NCBI RefSeq assembly: GCF_001194135.2
Contig: NC_068982.1
Span: 167,750,355 to 167,796,559 of the forward strand
Source of the DNA: Octopus bimaculoides
Taxonomy: Eukaryota
Reading direction: 5' to 3'
Length of the DNA: 46,205 nucleotides
Under the pieces are notes generated by a model. That model had not been told where the DNA came from and did not search any database. It saw nothing but the letters and a program-made list of their open reading frames with translations. Shown piece after piece: positions 35,238-46,205 of the stretch. The position numbers and the translations under genes are program-made. Position 1 is the stretch's first letter, and each line of letters starts with the position of its first letter.

Positions 35238-35597
35238 AGCAGAACGGGGCGCCACTGCATAGTGCCAAAAATCCCAGCATCTCCATAAAAATACAGGATC
35301 AGATACTGCAACAGCTTGGGTTTCAAGAACCCACAGCTCTTCAATATCCTTCTAAAATGCCTGAGAGACCTGCATGTTGTAGATGTAGGTATCTTCAAAA
35401 AAAAAGAAAAAATGGATCTCCTCCTGCCAATGGTTCCAGATGAATATACCTCACAGCAGGAAAGACAAATGAGGGAGCCGCATCAAATTCCCACGTTCCC
35501 CAAATGCCACATATCAGAGGTTTCAAATAATGGTGCAACACAGTCAACGGTGGTGCCCAAACATGACCACAGCTTTGAAGCTGAAACAGTTTAATGA
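35238..35597 (+). mobile_element. 3' end of a CR1/L2-group LINE (ORF C-terminus and tail)
   Basis: The degenerate frame GRHCIVPKIP...YCNSLGFKNPQLFNILLKCLRDLH..D...FK...D..L..VPDE resembles the post-RT C-terminus of CR1/L2-related elements (from recall). It is followed by a tail similar to SINE family A. Confidence 0.6.
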
Positions 35598-35605
35598 TTT
35601 AAATA

Positions 35606-35655
<50 letters not shown>

Positions 35656-35872
35656 TAATTTTTTTCAAGTGGGCATAATCGAATTATTTTTGGTTGCTGC
35701 CACAGAATTCCTATTTTTTTACAATTTTGTTCCAATTATTTTCAAAGTTGGTCATGCCGGTTTAGTTTTGTATCCTTATTATAAAAATGAAATTCATTTC
35801 CCCCTATCTATCTATCTATCTGTATTGCATATATATATATATATACATACATAAATACATGCATACACACAC

Positions 35873-35914
<42 letters not shown>

Positions 35915-36140
35915 ACACACACACACACATATATATGCATGTATACATATATAAACACGCACACACATATACACACATATATGTATATATGTAACGATAT
36001 ACATGATATATACGTGTGCGCGATTTTATAATATATATCTTATATATGTATGTATCTAATAAACCTACGCATATGCATATACACAAACATATACAGCCGC
36101 TTGAAGGTACACATAAACATATATGGATGCATACATATTT

Positions 36141-36255
36141 GTACATACATACATACATACATACATACACACATACATTCATACATACATACGTACATAC
36201 ATACATACATACATACATACATACATACATACACATATACATACATGCATACATA
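36141..36255. repeat. (TACA)n tetranucleotide microsatellite
   Basis: Directly visible. Confidence 0.9.
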
Positions 36256-36543
36256 CAGACATATATATAGATTTATATATAAAGTTCTTATGGATAAAAG
36301 AATTCTTTTTGATTTTGGTGATTCATCTTTTTCAAATTTCTTTCATAAAATCGATATATAGATTGTTATTTTCTGTGTTTGTTGTTTTCGTTTCGTTTCG
36401 TGTCTCCCCTTCCCCTATTTACGTTCAACTTTTTTTAATTCTAATTTTCCCCACCCTCAATAAATATTTATTGACTTCCTTTTGATATTTCGACGTGAAC
36501 TAGTTCAATAGCTTCTGTCTTGGTTAGGAAAGTCATCGTCGTC

Positions 36544-36709
36544 TTGTTGTTGCTGTTGTTGTTGCTCTTCTTCTTCTTCTTCTTCTTCTTCTTCTTCTTC
36601 TTCTTCTTCTTCTTCTTCTTCTTCTTCTTCTTCTTCTTCTTCTTCTTCTTCTTCTTCTTCTTCTTCTTCTTCTTCTTCTTCTTCTTCTTCTTCTTCTTCT
36701 TCTTCTTCT
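36544..36709. repeat. (TTG)n followed by a long pure (TTC)n microsatellite
   Basis: Directly visible, with about 140 bp of TTC. Confidence 0.97.
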
Positions 36710-37544
36710 ATCAACGACAGAAACATGAACTGTATTGGGAAAAAAATATCAGCGCTTTTTTTCATTTTTACTAAAATTATTTGTAATAACACGAGTAGCA
36801 AAAAAAAAATGTTTGAAAATAAAAATACAGCAAAGAGAAATGCTGAAAGAGAAAATATATACACAAGAGTAGAAGAATACGAATAACCGATACAAGAATA
36901 AATATAATTGCCAAAACACGAAAGTAATTTTTATTAAGATCTTAAAGCCAACATTTCAGTGAATTCCTCTCTAGTTGACTTAGTAAATTTCAGTATGTCT
37001 GTTGTATTTGAACTTGGTAAGGGAAGATATTTCTAGATATATGATTAAATAGAAGTAAAATATTATAGTACAAATAAATAAGCAGTCACCGATAACACAC
37101 ATTTTGATAGAACCTGTATTTCAGGAAACTATATACCAAGTGATTTTGTTTTATTGTTTGGAAATATCAAATATGTGCAAACAAATGACTGAATTGAAGT
37201 ATATATATTTAAATAACTGAAATGAATAAAATTATGAATGAAAAAATGTATTTTGCAATGGTATGCTATTAAAAAATATAATACCATTTTGATTTTATCG
37301 AATTCCTTTTCACCATGGCTCAAATGGCGTTTATATTTTAAATGAAGTGAGAAATCAATAATGTGACAGTTCAAGTTGATCAAATGTGTTACAAACGTAA
37401 ATATAGTTGAAGTTAATCATGTAAAACTGCGCTACGGTCTCAAATAGGTAAAGTTCATATATTGCTCTACAGAGCTGGATACTCTATCACAAATTCGAAA
37501 TGGATATGTTATATAGACACATATGTACAATTAAGATTTGTAGA

Positions 37545-37860
37545 ATTTGAACTCAGAACATAGACGTCCGTACCTAAATCGCTGCAAGGTATTTTGTCTG
37601 ATGCTCTAACAATTCCAATGAAACAAAAAAAAAAAAGAGTGATGTGTTGGCACCGGGAATGAAAATTATCTGAATTGTGTTCCAGAAGTCCGTCATTTTT
37701 GACTTTGCAGGATTTGGACAGAAATGACGTACCAACACCTATGAAAAGAAACGTAAACTCGACTTCTGCAGGATTTGAACTCAAAACTTCCAGATACTAA
37801 ATGTTGCAAGGTATTTGGATCGATTCTCTACTCTTTCTGACGCTGTTTTGGCTCTTCACT
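37545..37860 (-). mobile_element. Two old SINE family B-like head fragments
   Basis: tttgaactcagaacatag... and gacttctgcaggatttgaactc... are reverse complements of the B-box region gttctgagttcaaattccgc. Confidence 0.45.
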
Positions 37861-38068
37861 GCCATAATAATAATTTCAGTTGATTAGTCAAAGCCAGCTG
37901 CTGCAAAGAAGAGAAGATGGCTGGTATCATCATACAGACGTGGCTGGTACTATCATATAGATGAAAAAATGCCATACATTATAGTATAGTCGAATTTGAA
38001 CTCAGCATTTAAATAGAAAAAATAAAATACTGTAATTTTTACCTCTGATTCAATGACTCTATCATTTC

Positions 38069-38131
38069 CATTGGACGGATATCTTGTTTGTTGTTACCAC
38101 AAACAACATGAGGACACATATCTGTCCAATG
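38069..38131. other. Imperfect palindrome / hairpin
   Basis: cattggacggatat (38069-38082) pairs with atatctgtccaatg (38118-38131; 13 Watson-Crick pairs and one G-T). ttgtttgt (38084-38091) pairs with acaaacaa (38099-38106) around a 7-nt loop. Confidence 0.75.
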
Positions 38132-38427
38132 TAAATAATGTAAATAATGTACAGAATTCCTGATCTCTAAAATATAGAACAAAATATCTCCTATATTAAA
38201 TTTCCATTTATTTCGTCAACATAACCCCCCCCCCCNNNNNNNNNNNNNNNNNNNNNCCCCAATTAAATGTGATGTTGATCAAAGTATTTGATTCAAGAAT
38301 GGAAAGGGGATTTAACTAAATCAAAATATTTAGTCCAACAGAATATTTCACTAAAATCATTATCTTAATATGAATAACAATAGCAGCAGCAGTAACACCA
38401 ACAATATATTAATATCAATAATGATGT

Positions 38428-38635
38428 AAAGCGGCGAGCTGGCAGAACCGTTAGCTCGCCGGGCGAAGTGCTTTTCGGCATTTCGTTCGTCTTTACATTC
38501 TGAGTTCAAATTCCGCTGAGGTTACCTTTGCCTTTTATCCTTTCGGGCGATAAAATAAGTATTACACTGGGTTTCATGTAATCGATTTATCCCCTTCCTC
38601 CAAATTATTGGCATTGTGCCAAAATTTGAAATCAA
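38428..38635 (+). mobile_element. SINE family B, full length
   Basis: aaagcggcgagctggcagaaccgttagc...ctgagttcaaattccgc...ggcattgtgccaaaatttgaa, colinear with 17771-17982. Confidence 0.85.
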
Positions 38636-39192
38636 CATTAATAATAATGCTATTTCATGTAAACACAAGGAATCAACTTTGTAGGATGAGCTCTGGTGTA
38701 TTGTATCACGTCCATCATATTACTACTACTTATTCCTGAACCTTTGATGAAATGAAACAAGTAATAATTTTAAATAACACAGGACCATACATCTTTTAAA
38801 ACAAATACGATGTAAAATGAAGAGACATACCGTAGCATAGGTGAAAGGATAAGTAATTACTGGCGGGAACTCAAGGAGGAGTTGTATGTATGTATTTATT
38901 TTATTCAACATGTACCTCCTAAATGCATTTTGTTTCGGCCATCATAAAGCTTCTTCAAAAAATTTCTGACGGAGCTTTTTGATAGCCGATCATAACTTTT
39001 TGTGAGAATATCGTGATCAAAGCTTTAACACAGTGCAAGTAAAAAAAGTAATTGATTTCTTTGGAAATGTTATTTTCCAAGTGTTGCGATTATGTATTCT
39101 TTTTTTTTTACATACATGCACAAATACAGGCAGACACATACATAATACATACATACATACACACACATATATATATACACACGTATACATAC

Positions 39193-39244
<52 letters not shown>

Positions 39245-39863
39245 GCATGCATACATACATATATAATACATACATACATACATAGTGATTACATATTTCA
39301 GTATAATGATATGATAAATGACATTAAAAAATGCTAAGAAATTATATAAAATTAAATATAAAACAGTGAAATAATCATGGAACAGTCGAGCAAATATATG
39401 AAGACAAGTTTGAACACGGTATTAATGCAAAAAGTATCATGCAGTTGAAAAACATAATCCAGAAAAAGCGTAGAAAGTATTTGAGAAATATAAAAATCCA
39501 AGCAAGCTATACTATTTTTTGACGATAACCAATGCCTATAGAAGTATTTAGGAAAGAAAACTATGGAAGTAGTTTTTCAGAAATATATCTAAAGAAACAA
39601 AAACAAAGAATGATCTTTCGGAAAATCGAGGGAGAAGAAAGAGCAACTAAAACCTACTACGTGAATGATAGAACAGGAATTGTCATATATTACAGCCAAA
39701 AGTAATGAGTGTCGTACAGGATTAGATGGTATGAGATAAGATATGAAAATCCTACCGAGATTCTGCTGCACTTGATAAAAATCAGGAAATTATTCATAAA
39801 ACGTATGCTATACCAAGCAAAGTTTTAAACGATTCAGAAAAATACCTCTCAACCAAAGCAAAT

Positions 39864-39896
<33 letters not shown>

Positions 39897-41419
39897 CACA
39901 CACACACATGCACACACACACACACACGATATATGTATATATATANNNNNNNNNNNNNNNNNNNNNNNNNNNNNNNNNNNNNNNNNNNNNNNNNNNNNNN
40001 NNNNNNNNNNNNNNNNNNNNNNNNNNNNNNNNNNNNNNNNNNNNNNNNNNNNNNNNNNNNNNNNNNNNNNNNNNNNNNNNNNNNNNNNNNNNNNNNNNNN
40101 NNNNNNNNNNNNNNNNNNNNNNNNNNNNNNNNNNNNNNNNNNNNNNNNNNNNNNNNNNNNNNNNNNNNNNNNNNNNNNNNNNNNNNNNNNNNNNNNNNNN
40201 NNNNNNNNNNNNNNNNNNNNNNNNNNNNNNNNNNNNNNNNNNNNNNNNNNNNNNNNNNNNNNNNNNNNNNNNNNNNNNNNNNNNNNNNNNNNNNNNNNNN
40301 NNNNNNNNNNNNNNNNNNNNNNNNNNNNNNNNNNNNNNNNNNNNNNNNNNNNNNNNNNNNNNNNNNNNNNNNNNNNNNNNNNNNNNNNNNNNNNNNNNNN
40401 NNNNNNNNNNNNNNNNNNNNNNNNNNNNNNNNNNNNNNNNNNNNNNNNNNNNNNNNNNNNNNNNNNTGTGTGTGTGTGTGTGTGTGTATGCGAGTGTATA
40501 TATGTATATTTATATATACATAAATCAGCCCTCTGAACTTTTTAGACCCTCTTCTAAACTCTCTGATGAAGCCTAGAGGCACACCCTAATTTTATCTACC
40601 TATCACTGCAGTACACTGAAAACATGGGCATAACATATGGGGTACTGGGACCTATTGGCAGAAACAGCTGTAAAAAATTTTTCTTCTTTCTTTATTCCAG
40701 AAATTACTGGTACTTATATATGTAAAACATAATCTTTACATATGTATGTATATTATCATAATTGTTTAAAATAAATAGACATGATATAATTTCTAACAGT
40801 TGATGCATACTACCACTGGATCCCCTCCATTTTCTTCTTGCCGTATAAATTAAGGATTAAACCACTTATTACCCTCGCCCATTTATTACGCTCAGTAGTG
40901 TAATTGCCACGCAATAACCAACACTTGTGTATTAATACTTGGGTACTTTACCAGCAGTATATTCGATAGATACTATCCTTTAGTTGGTTGGACTCACACC
41001 CTCTAACTATCTTTGAATTATATATATATATATATATATATATAATAGACAAATGAGGAATAGACAAATGGTAAGAATTTGTTAAATCCGAAACTAGTTC
41101 CTGTTTAATAATGCTTTTTTAGGTGATTTTAAATGTCTTGCTCGCTCACGTTTTTGGTATGCTGCTATATTTCATGTTGAGAACAATTTAGGTCTTAATA
41201 GACACAAGATGTGATCTATTTCTAGCGCATTAATTGTCCACGTTAGTGGTCGACGTTATTTTTTAAAATGTACCTTAATCCCCTGAGATTGCAGATAATA
41301 TTTCTGAATCTCTTTGATTCTTTAGATGTGCTGGCCTCCTGATAATTAATCGATATTAATTAATATATGACTAATTACCAGATTTTATAATAATAATATT
41401 ATATATATATATATATATA

Positions 41420-42397
41420 CAGGGGTTGGACCAAATAATGAAAACAGCTAGCATCGTAGCATCATAATTTTGAAATATCTATAAAACCGCCAAAAGCTTT
41501 TTTATTTTTATGTTTTTTGATTTATCATTAGTGTTGCTTAATATGTTTTGCTAATATTGCTGTTTCTTTTCAGATATCATCAGTAAAGTCAGAAAAAGGT
41601 AATTAAAATCCATAAAAATGACAGATCTGTCTGACTTTCAAAGAGGTCAAATTGTAGATGCTAGTATGGCAGGCGCTAACGTAACGAAAATGTTTGGTGT
41701 ATCAAGAAGTATTATCTCGAAAGTAATGACGGCCTTTGAGAAAGAGGGAAAAACCTCCTCGTCAAAACAAAACTCCGGAGGAAAACGAAAACTTTCAGAC
41801 AGGGACCGTCGGACTCTTACGTGATTTGTTAGAAAGGATCACAAAAGTGCAGCCCCCAAAATTACTGCAGAGCTAAACAGCCACCTCGAGAACCCAGTTT
41901 CCACAAAAGCTGTTCGCCGGGAGCTGCACAAAGCCGGATTTCATGGGAGGGCTGCAATCAGAAAACCACTAATTTCAAAAACAAACGTTGCAAAGCGTTT
42001 AGAGTGGAGTAAAAACCTACAGAATTGGTCTCTAGAGTAGTGGAAGAGTCATCCTTTACCTTATTCCCGACCACCGGCCGAGTATATGTGTGGAGACAGT
42101 CAAAAGAAGCATTTGACTCAGACTGCCTTCTTCCAACTGTTAAACATGGAGGAGGATCTGTGATAATCTTGGGATGGGGCTATATCTTGGAAATCCGCCG
42201 GCCCAATGCTTTCCCTTCATGGCAGAATTAATAGTCAAGACTATTTAAGCATTTTATCTAATCAAATTCATCCTATGGTTGCGGAACTGTTTCCGGAGTT
42301 AAACGCAATCTTTCAGGATCATAATGCCCTAATTCACACAGCTAAAGTTGTTACTCAATGGCATGAGGAACATTCTAGTGAAGTTGAACATCTTATA
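41420..42397 (+). mobile_element. Tc1-family transposon, left end plus pseudogenised transposase, 3'-truncated
   Basis: TA|caggggttggaccaaataatgaaaac left end. The ORF from 41618 reads DLSDFQRGQIV...FGVSR...KLSDRDRR...RRELHKAGFHGRAAIRKPLIS...KHGGGSV...FQDHNA. There are in-frame stops near 41822 and 42038, the first catalytic Asp is deleted, and the sequence breaks off before the PDLN..E motif. Confidence 0.93.
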
Positions 42398-42753
42398 TCT
42401 ATATAAACGCACACATATGTATATGTATGTATATATATATATACACACACACACACACATATATACACATACACAAACATACAAATAAGCACAAAGAACA
42501 GACACGCAGACACACATACACACACATATGCAAGGTTAGTACCACCAAATCCTCACTGTCTATTTCCCTCGCTTACATTATGTAGTGGAGTAATAATCTA
42601 AGTGGTTCCTAGACCATTTGGAGTCTATTCCTAACAGACTGGTGTTGTAATCATTCAACACCCTTATTATAATTTTAATATAAATTAATCATCATGTTAT
42701 TCTAGTATGCTGGTCACTATAATGACTTTATCCTAATTACGTATAATTAAATC

Positions 42754-42790
<37 letters not shown>

Positions 42791-43049
42791 ATACATATAT
42801 ATACATCCACACATATATATGCATGTGTGGTTTGAGTATATATGCACGGATATCGTAAGGCTGTTGGAGAGAGTAGTTGGAGTTTATTCTGGGTGTTTAT
42901 ATGTTGAGTTAAAATCTCGCCACGATCAACCTCACCGTTCGGCCTTCCGGGATGGATAACCTTAAGTGTCAGTCAAGTAATTATACACCTCTCCTGAAAA
43001 CTGCTAGCCATGTACTTAAATTGGAAGCCGTTATGTTGATATATATATT

Positions 43050-43277
43050 AAGGTGGCGAGCTGGTAGAATCGTTAGCGCGCTGGTCGAAATGCTTAACGG
43101 TATTTCGCCCGTCGCTACGTTCAGAATTCAAATTCCGCCGAAGTCAACTTTGCCTTTCATCCTTTCGGTATCGTTAAAATAAGTACCAGTTGAATACTGG
43201 GGTCGATGTAATCGACTTAATCCCCGTGTCTGTCCTTGTTTGTCACCTCTATGTTTAGACCACTGTGGGCAATAAAG

Positions 43278-43282
<5 letters not shown>
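43050..43282 (+). mobile_element. SINE family B with a variant 3' tail
   Basis: The head and body match 17771 and 38428 up to ggggtcgatgtaatcgact. A different tail follows (taatccccgtgtctgtccttgtttg...gggcaataaagaaat), then (TA)n. Confidence 0.85.
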
Positions 43283-43316
<34 letters not shown>

Positions 43317-45049
43317 NNNNNNNNNNNNNNNNNNNNNNNNNNNNNNNNNNNNNNNNNNNNNNNNNNNNNNNNNNNNNNNNNNNNNNNNNNNNNNNNNNNN
43401 NNNNNNNNNNNNNNNNNNNNNNNNNNNNNNNNNNNNNNNNNNNNNNNNNNNNNNNNNNNNNNNNNNNNNNNNNNNNNNNNNNNNNNNNNNNNNNNNNNNN
43501 NNNNNNNNNNNNNNNNNNNNNNNNNNNNNNNNNNNNNNNNNNNNNNNNNNNNNNNNNNNNNNNNNNNNNNNNNNNNNNNNNNNNNNNNNNNNNNNNNNNN
43601 NNNNNNNNNNNNNNNNNNNNNNNNNNNNNNNNNNNNNNNNNNNNNNNNNNNNNNNNNNNNNNNNNNNNNNNNNNNNNNNNNNNNNNNNNNNNNNNNNNNN
43701 NNNNNNNNNNNNNNNNNNNNNNNNNNNNNNNNNNNNNNNNNNNNNNNNNNNNNNNNNNNNNNNNTATATATATATATATGTTAATGTGTGTGCGTGTGTG
43801 TGTCTCTGTGTGTGTTGAAAACTGCATTCAAAAAGAATAGGCAACCTTTAGTTTCCATTGTTCACATGCTGGTGGAGAACAAGTGTAGATATCGGTGGAA
43901 AACAAAAAGAAATAACTGAAGATATATGTATTGATACTTTGCCACCAAAAGCGAATGTTGTGCTTTCTGATTTAGCAGACAATCTTACAAAAATATTTCA
44001 AGAAATTGCTATAATAAATAAACGGAGCAGTCACTGTAATGCAGACTTCGTGTATTCTAATGAGATTTGAATAATTTCTTTTGTGCAGGAATATACAGTT
44101 GATTGAATTGACTCGAGAGTAATATTAGTATTTATCTTACCAATTTTAGCGATATATAGTAGATTATGATTTGAAGCAAATATAGCTGCTAATTCTATCA
44201 TGTGCACAAGTAGCCTCTATGCGGCTGATTTTTTCTAGATTGTGCACAATATTACCAGAGAACAAATGACTGACTGCATATTAGCTAATGAGTTGAAAAT
44301 AAGTAGAGATGGTAATATTTTGCCAACTAGGACTTCCACTCTCTCTTTTAGCTTCGCTTCCATGGGATTTTAACTTCCGAAAGTTTATTTCAAGTCTATA
44401 TTTTCTTTTAGAGAATTTAATAAGCTAATTTTCTCTACAATGTGATATGTACTTCTCATATATAATCTCCAATAGTATCATGCATCATAGTATTTTAATA
44501 CTTTTTCTCTTACTATGATACTTCTATTATTTTAGCATATATTGTATCGACATGTAATCATAGAGTCTGAGTATGAAACTATCATACTATTTCATTGATA
44601 TCATATTATTTCATTAATCATTACAGCTTACTATAATCGTAATTTTAAATTCATAATCCTTGCAATCACCAAGTCTTGGGGATCTAGAATCTATAAATCA
44701 AGATCATCCCTCATTCAGTAGATCCTATATCAAAGAAGTTATTCCAACCATTACAGTATTGATTTTTTTGGTTATTTAGAGCTACACTGTACAATGTGTG
44801 AGTCCATCCTTAAAAGAGTTGGAAATTATTTGAGAGAGATTTGTTAATTCTACTAGGTCACGCTCCTTAGCTCACAACGTTACGAACATATCACCAAGAT
44901 AACTTAATATCAATCGCACCGCCTTCATTTTCGTGATACTTTCATTAATCCTAACTTTAATGACAAACGTGTACTGTATTTGAGTAATATCACAGGTTAA
45001 ATTTTCCCCGTGAAAACGATGGGGAACAAGTCTCATTGGTCAGAGAGAA

Positions 45050-45091
<42 letters not shown>

Positions 45092-45897
45092 GGTACAATG
45101 TAAGAGCGTACATATATATGGCAGAAAATAAGGGCGCAAATATATAAGGTACAGCGTATGGTACACCTTTTGATACAAGTCTGATGAAGTGCCACTCTAA
45201 TGTCTAAAATCGCAAATACTATGTAACTCTTACGTAAATTGGTGTTGAAAGCTTACGTAAACTGGTACAGAAACTATTGTAACTGATCATTAAAGCTGTG
45301 TTAAAGCACTTCGTTGTCTTATTATTTGTGGTTCAGAGAGCTCAGCAAGCATTTGAGCGGTGCAAGGGATCGATTCCCCACGGAGGCTTGCTGGCCACTT
45401 TTCCCCCGTCTTCTATTGGGTATTTACCAGATTCTCTAAGCTGTCCTCACAGCCTTCCTGCGTTCGCAAATTTCTTTATATATATATATATATATATATA
45501 TAATTGATGAGGGAAACGGAAAATGGATTTGGTACGGATTTTTCTTCAACACGACGGTCGTTTCGACCCATACTGCAGTTGTCCCTTACGGGCATTGTGC
45601 ATCTAACTGTGTCGCATCAGTCAGTGCAGTCTGTATCACCTTAGGTGTTTGGTGTAAAAAGATATCCTACTACATGTATACTGAATTCCTCTTGGCATGT
45701 TTTACTCACTCGTAGTATATAGGTACACTCATCACTAACAAACTAAATGAACACTGCGGAATTCCTGTCGCAGATCCAGTGAAAAATGATACTGCCTTCT
45801 AAATTCCAATAATGGAACTTTATATCATATTTAGGAAGCAACCCTGCATTCTAAGATGAATTTAATATAATATACTTATCAATCAGTTTCATTTCTG

Positions 45898-46205
45898 TAT
45901 TTCTTGTCCATAGAGAAAGAACCGGACTCTAACATAGATTCAAGGCTCCTTCATTGGAACTTTTATCAACATCATCTAGGTATTTGTGCATGTGTGTGCG
46001 TGTGCAGTATTTGGTGTTAGTGTATGCGCAGATTTGTATGTTTGTTTTATGGATACGTTTTTATACATATATTTTCATGTCTAGATGCATGCATATGTAT
46101 TTATGTGCTAAATGTTTGGAAAGTTTTACATATCTTTACAGTTCCATTGATGGCTTGAATCTGTAGTCTTCTAATCAGCCTTTTTCTTTCAGGTTTTGAA
46201 AACCC
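45898..46205. repeat. Unclassified interspersed repeat, copy 2 (cut by the window end)
   Basis: Colinear similarity with 12163-12455. Confidence 0.8.

Noticed and set aside
36505-36864. Poly-Glu/poly-Gln ORF on the minus strand and poly-Phe ORF on the plus strand
   Set aside because: Both are translations of a (TTC)n/(TTG)n microsatellite with no domain context or convincing splice structure.
43858-44070. 70-codon ORF with protein-like composition (KEITEDICIDTLPPKANVV...)
   Set aside because: No recognisable motif, no ATG start, and no convincing splice-site pair.

Overview
This is eukaryotic, AT-rich, microsatellite-dense genomic DNA from a draft assembly with about 13 N-gaps, most of them next to simple repeats. 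The SINE types and repeat load suggest a cephalopod, probably Octopus (inference from recalled repeat families, not a search). The only host gene I can support is the 3' part of an HSPA12-type atypical Hsp70 on the + strand. It has three coding exons (8351-8519, 22863-22991, 28763-29235) with canonical AG/GT ends and matching phases (0/1, 1/1, 1/stop), which splice into 256 codons plus a stop. The rest is intronic or intergenic and full of decayed mobile elements: RTE LINE pieces, an R4/Dong-like LINE piece at a (TAA)n array, a CR1/L2-group LINE 3' end, two dead Tc1 transposons (one with both ends and an inner direct repeat), a mariner-type MITE, and at least four SINE families. Most entries in the supplied ORF track are artefacts of microsatellites and gaps. 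I see no convincing new biological system. The best leads are two SINE-LINE shared 3' tails visible within the window, a conserved GTCGA-N5-TCGAC stem shared by two SINE families, the IR/DR-like Tc1 relic, the TAA-associated RLE LINE, a SINE with a perfect 17-bp target-site duplication, and a speculative 18-nt in-frame microexon.
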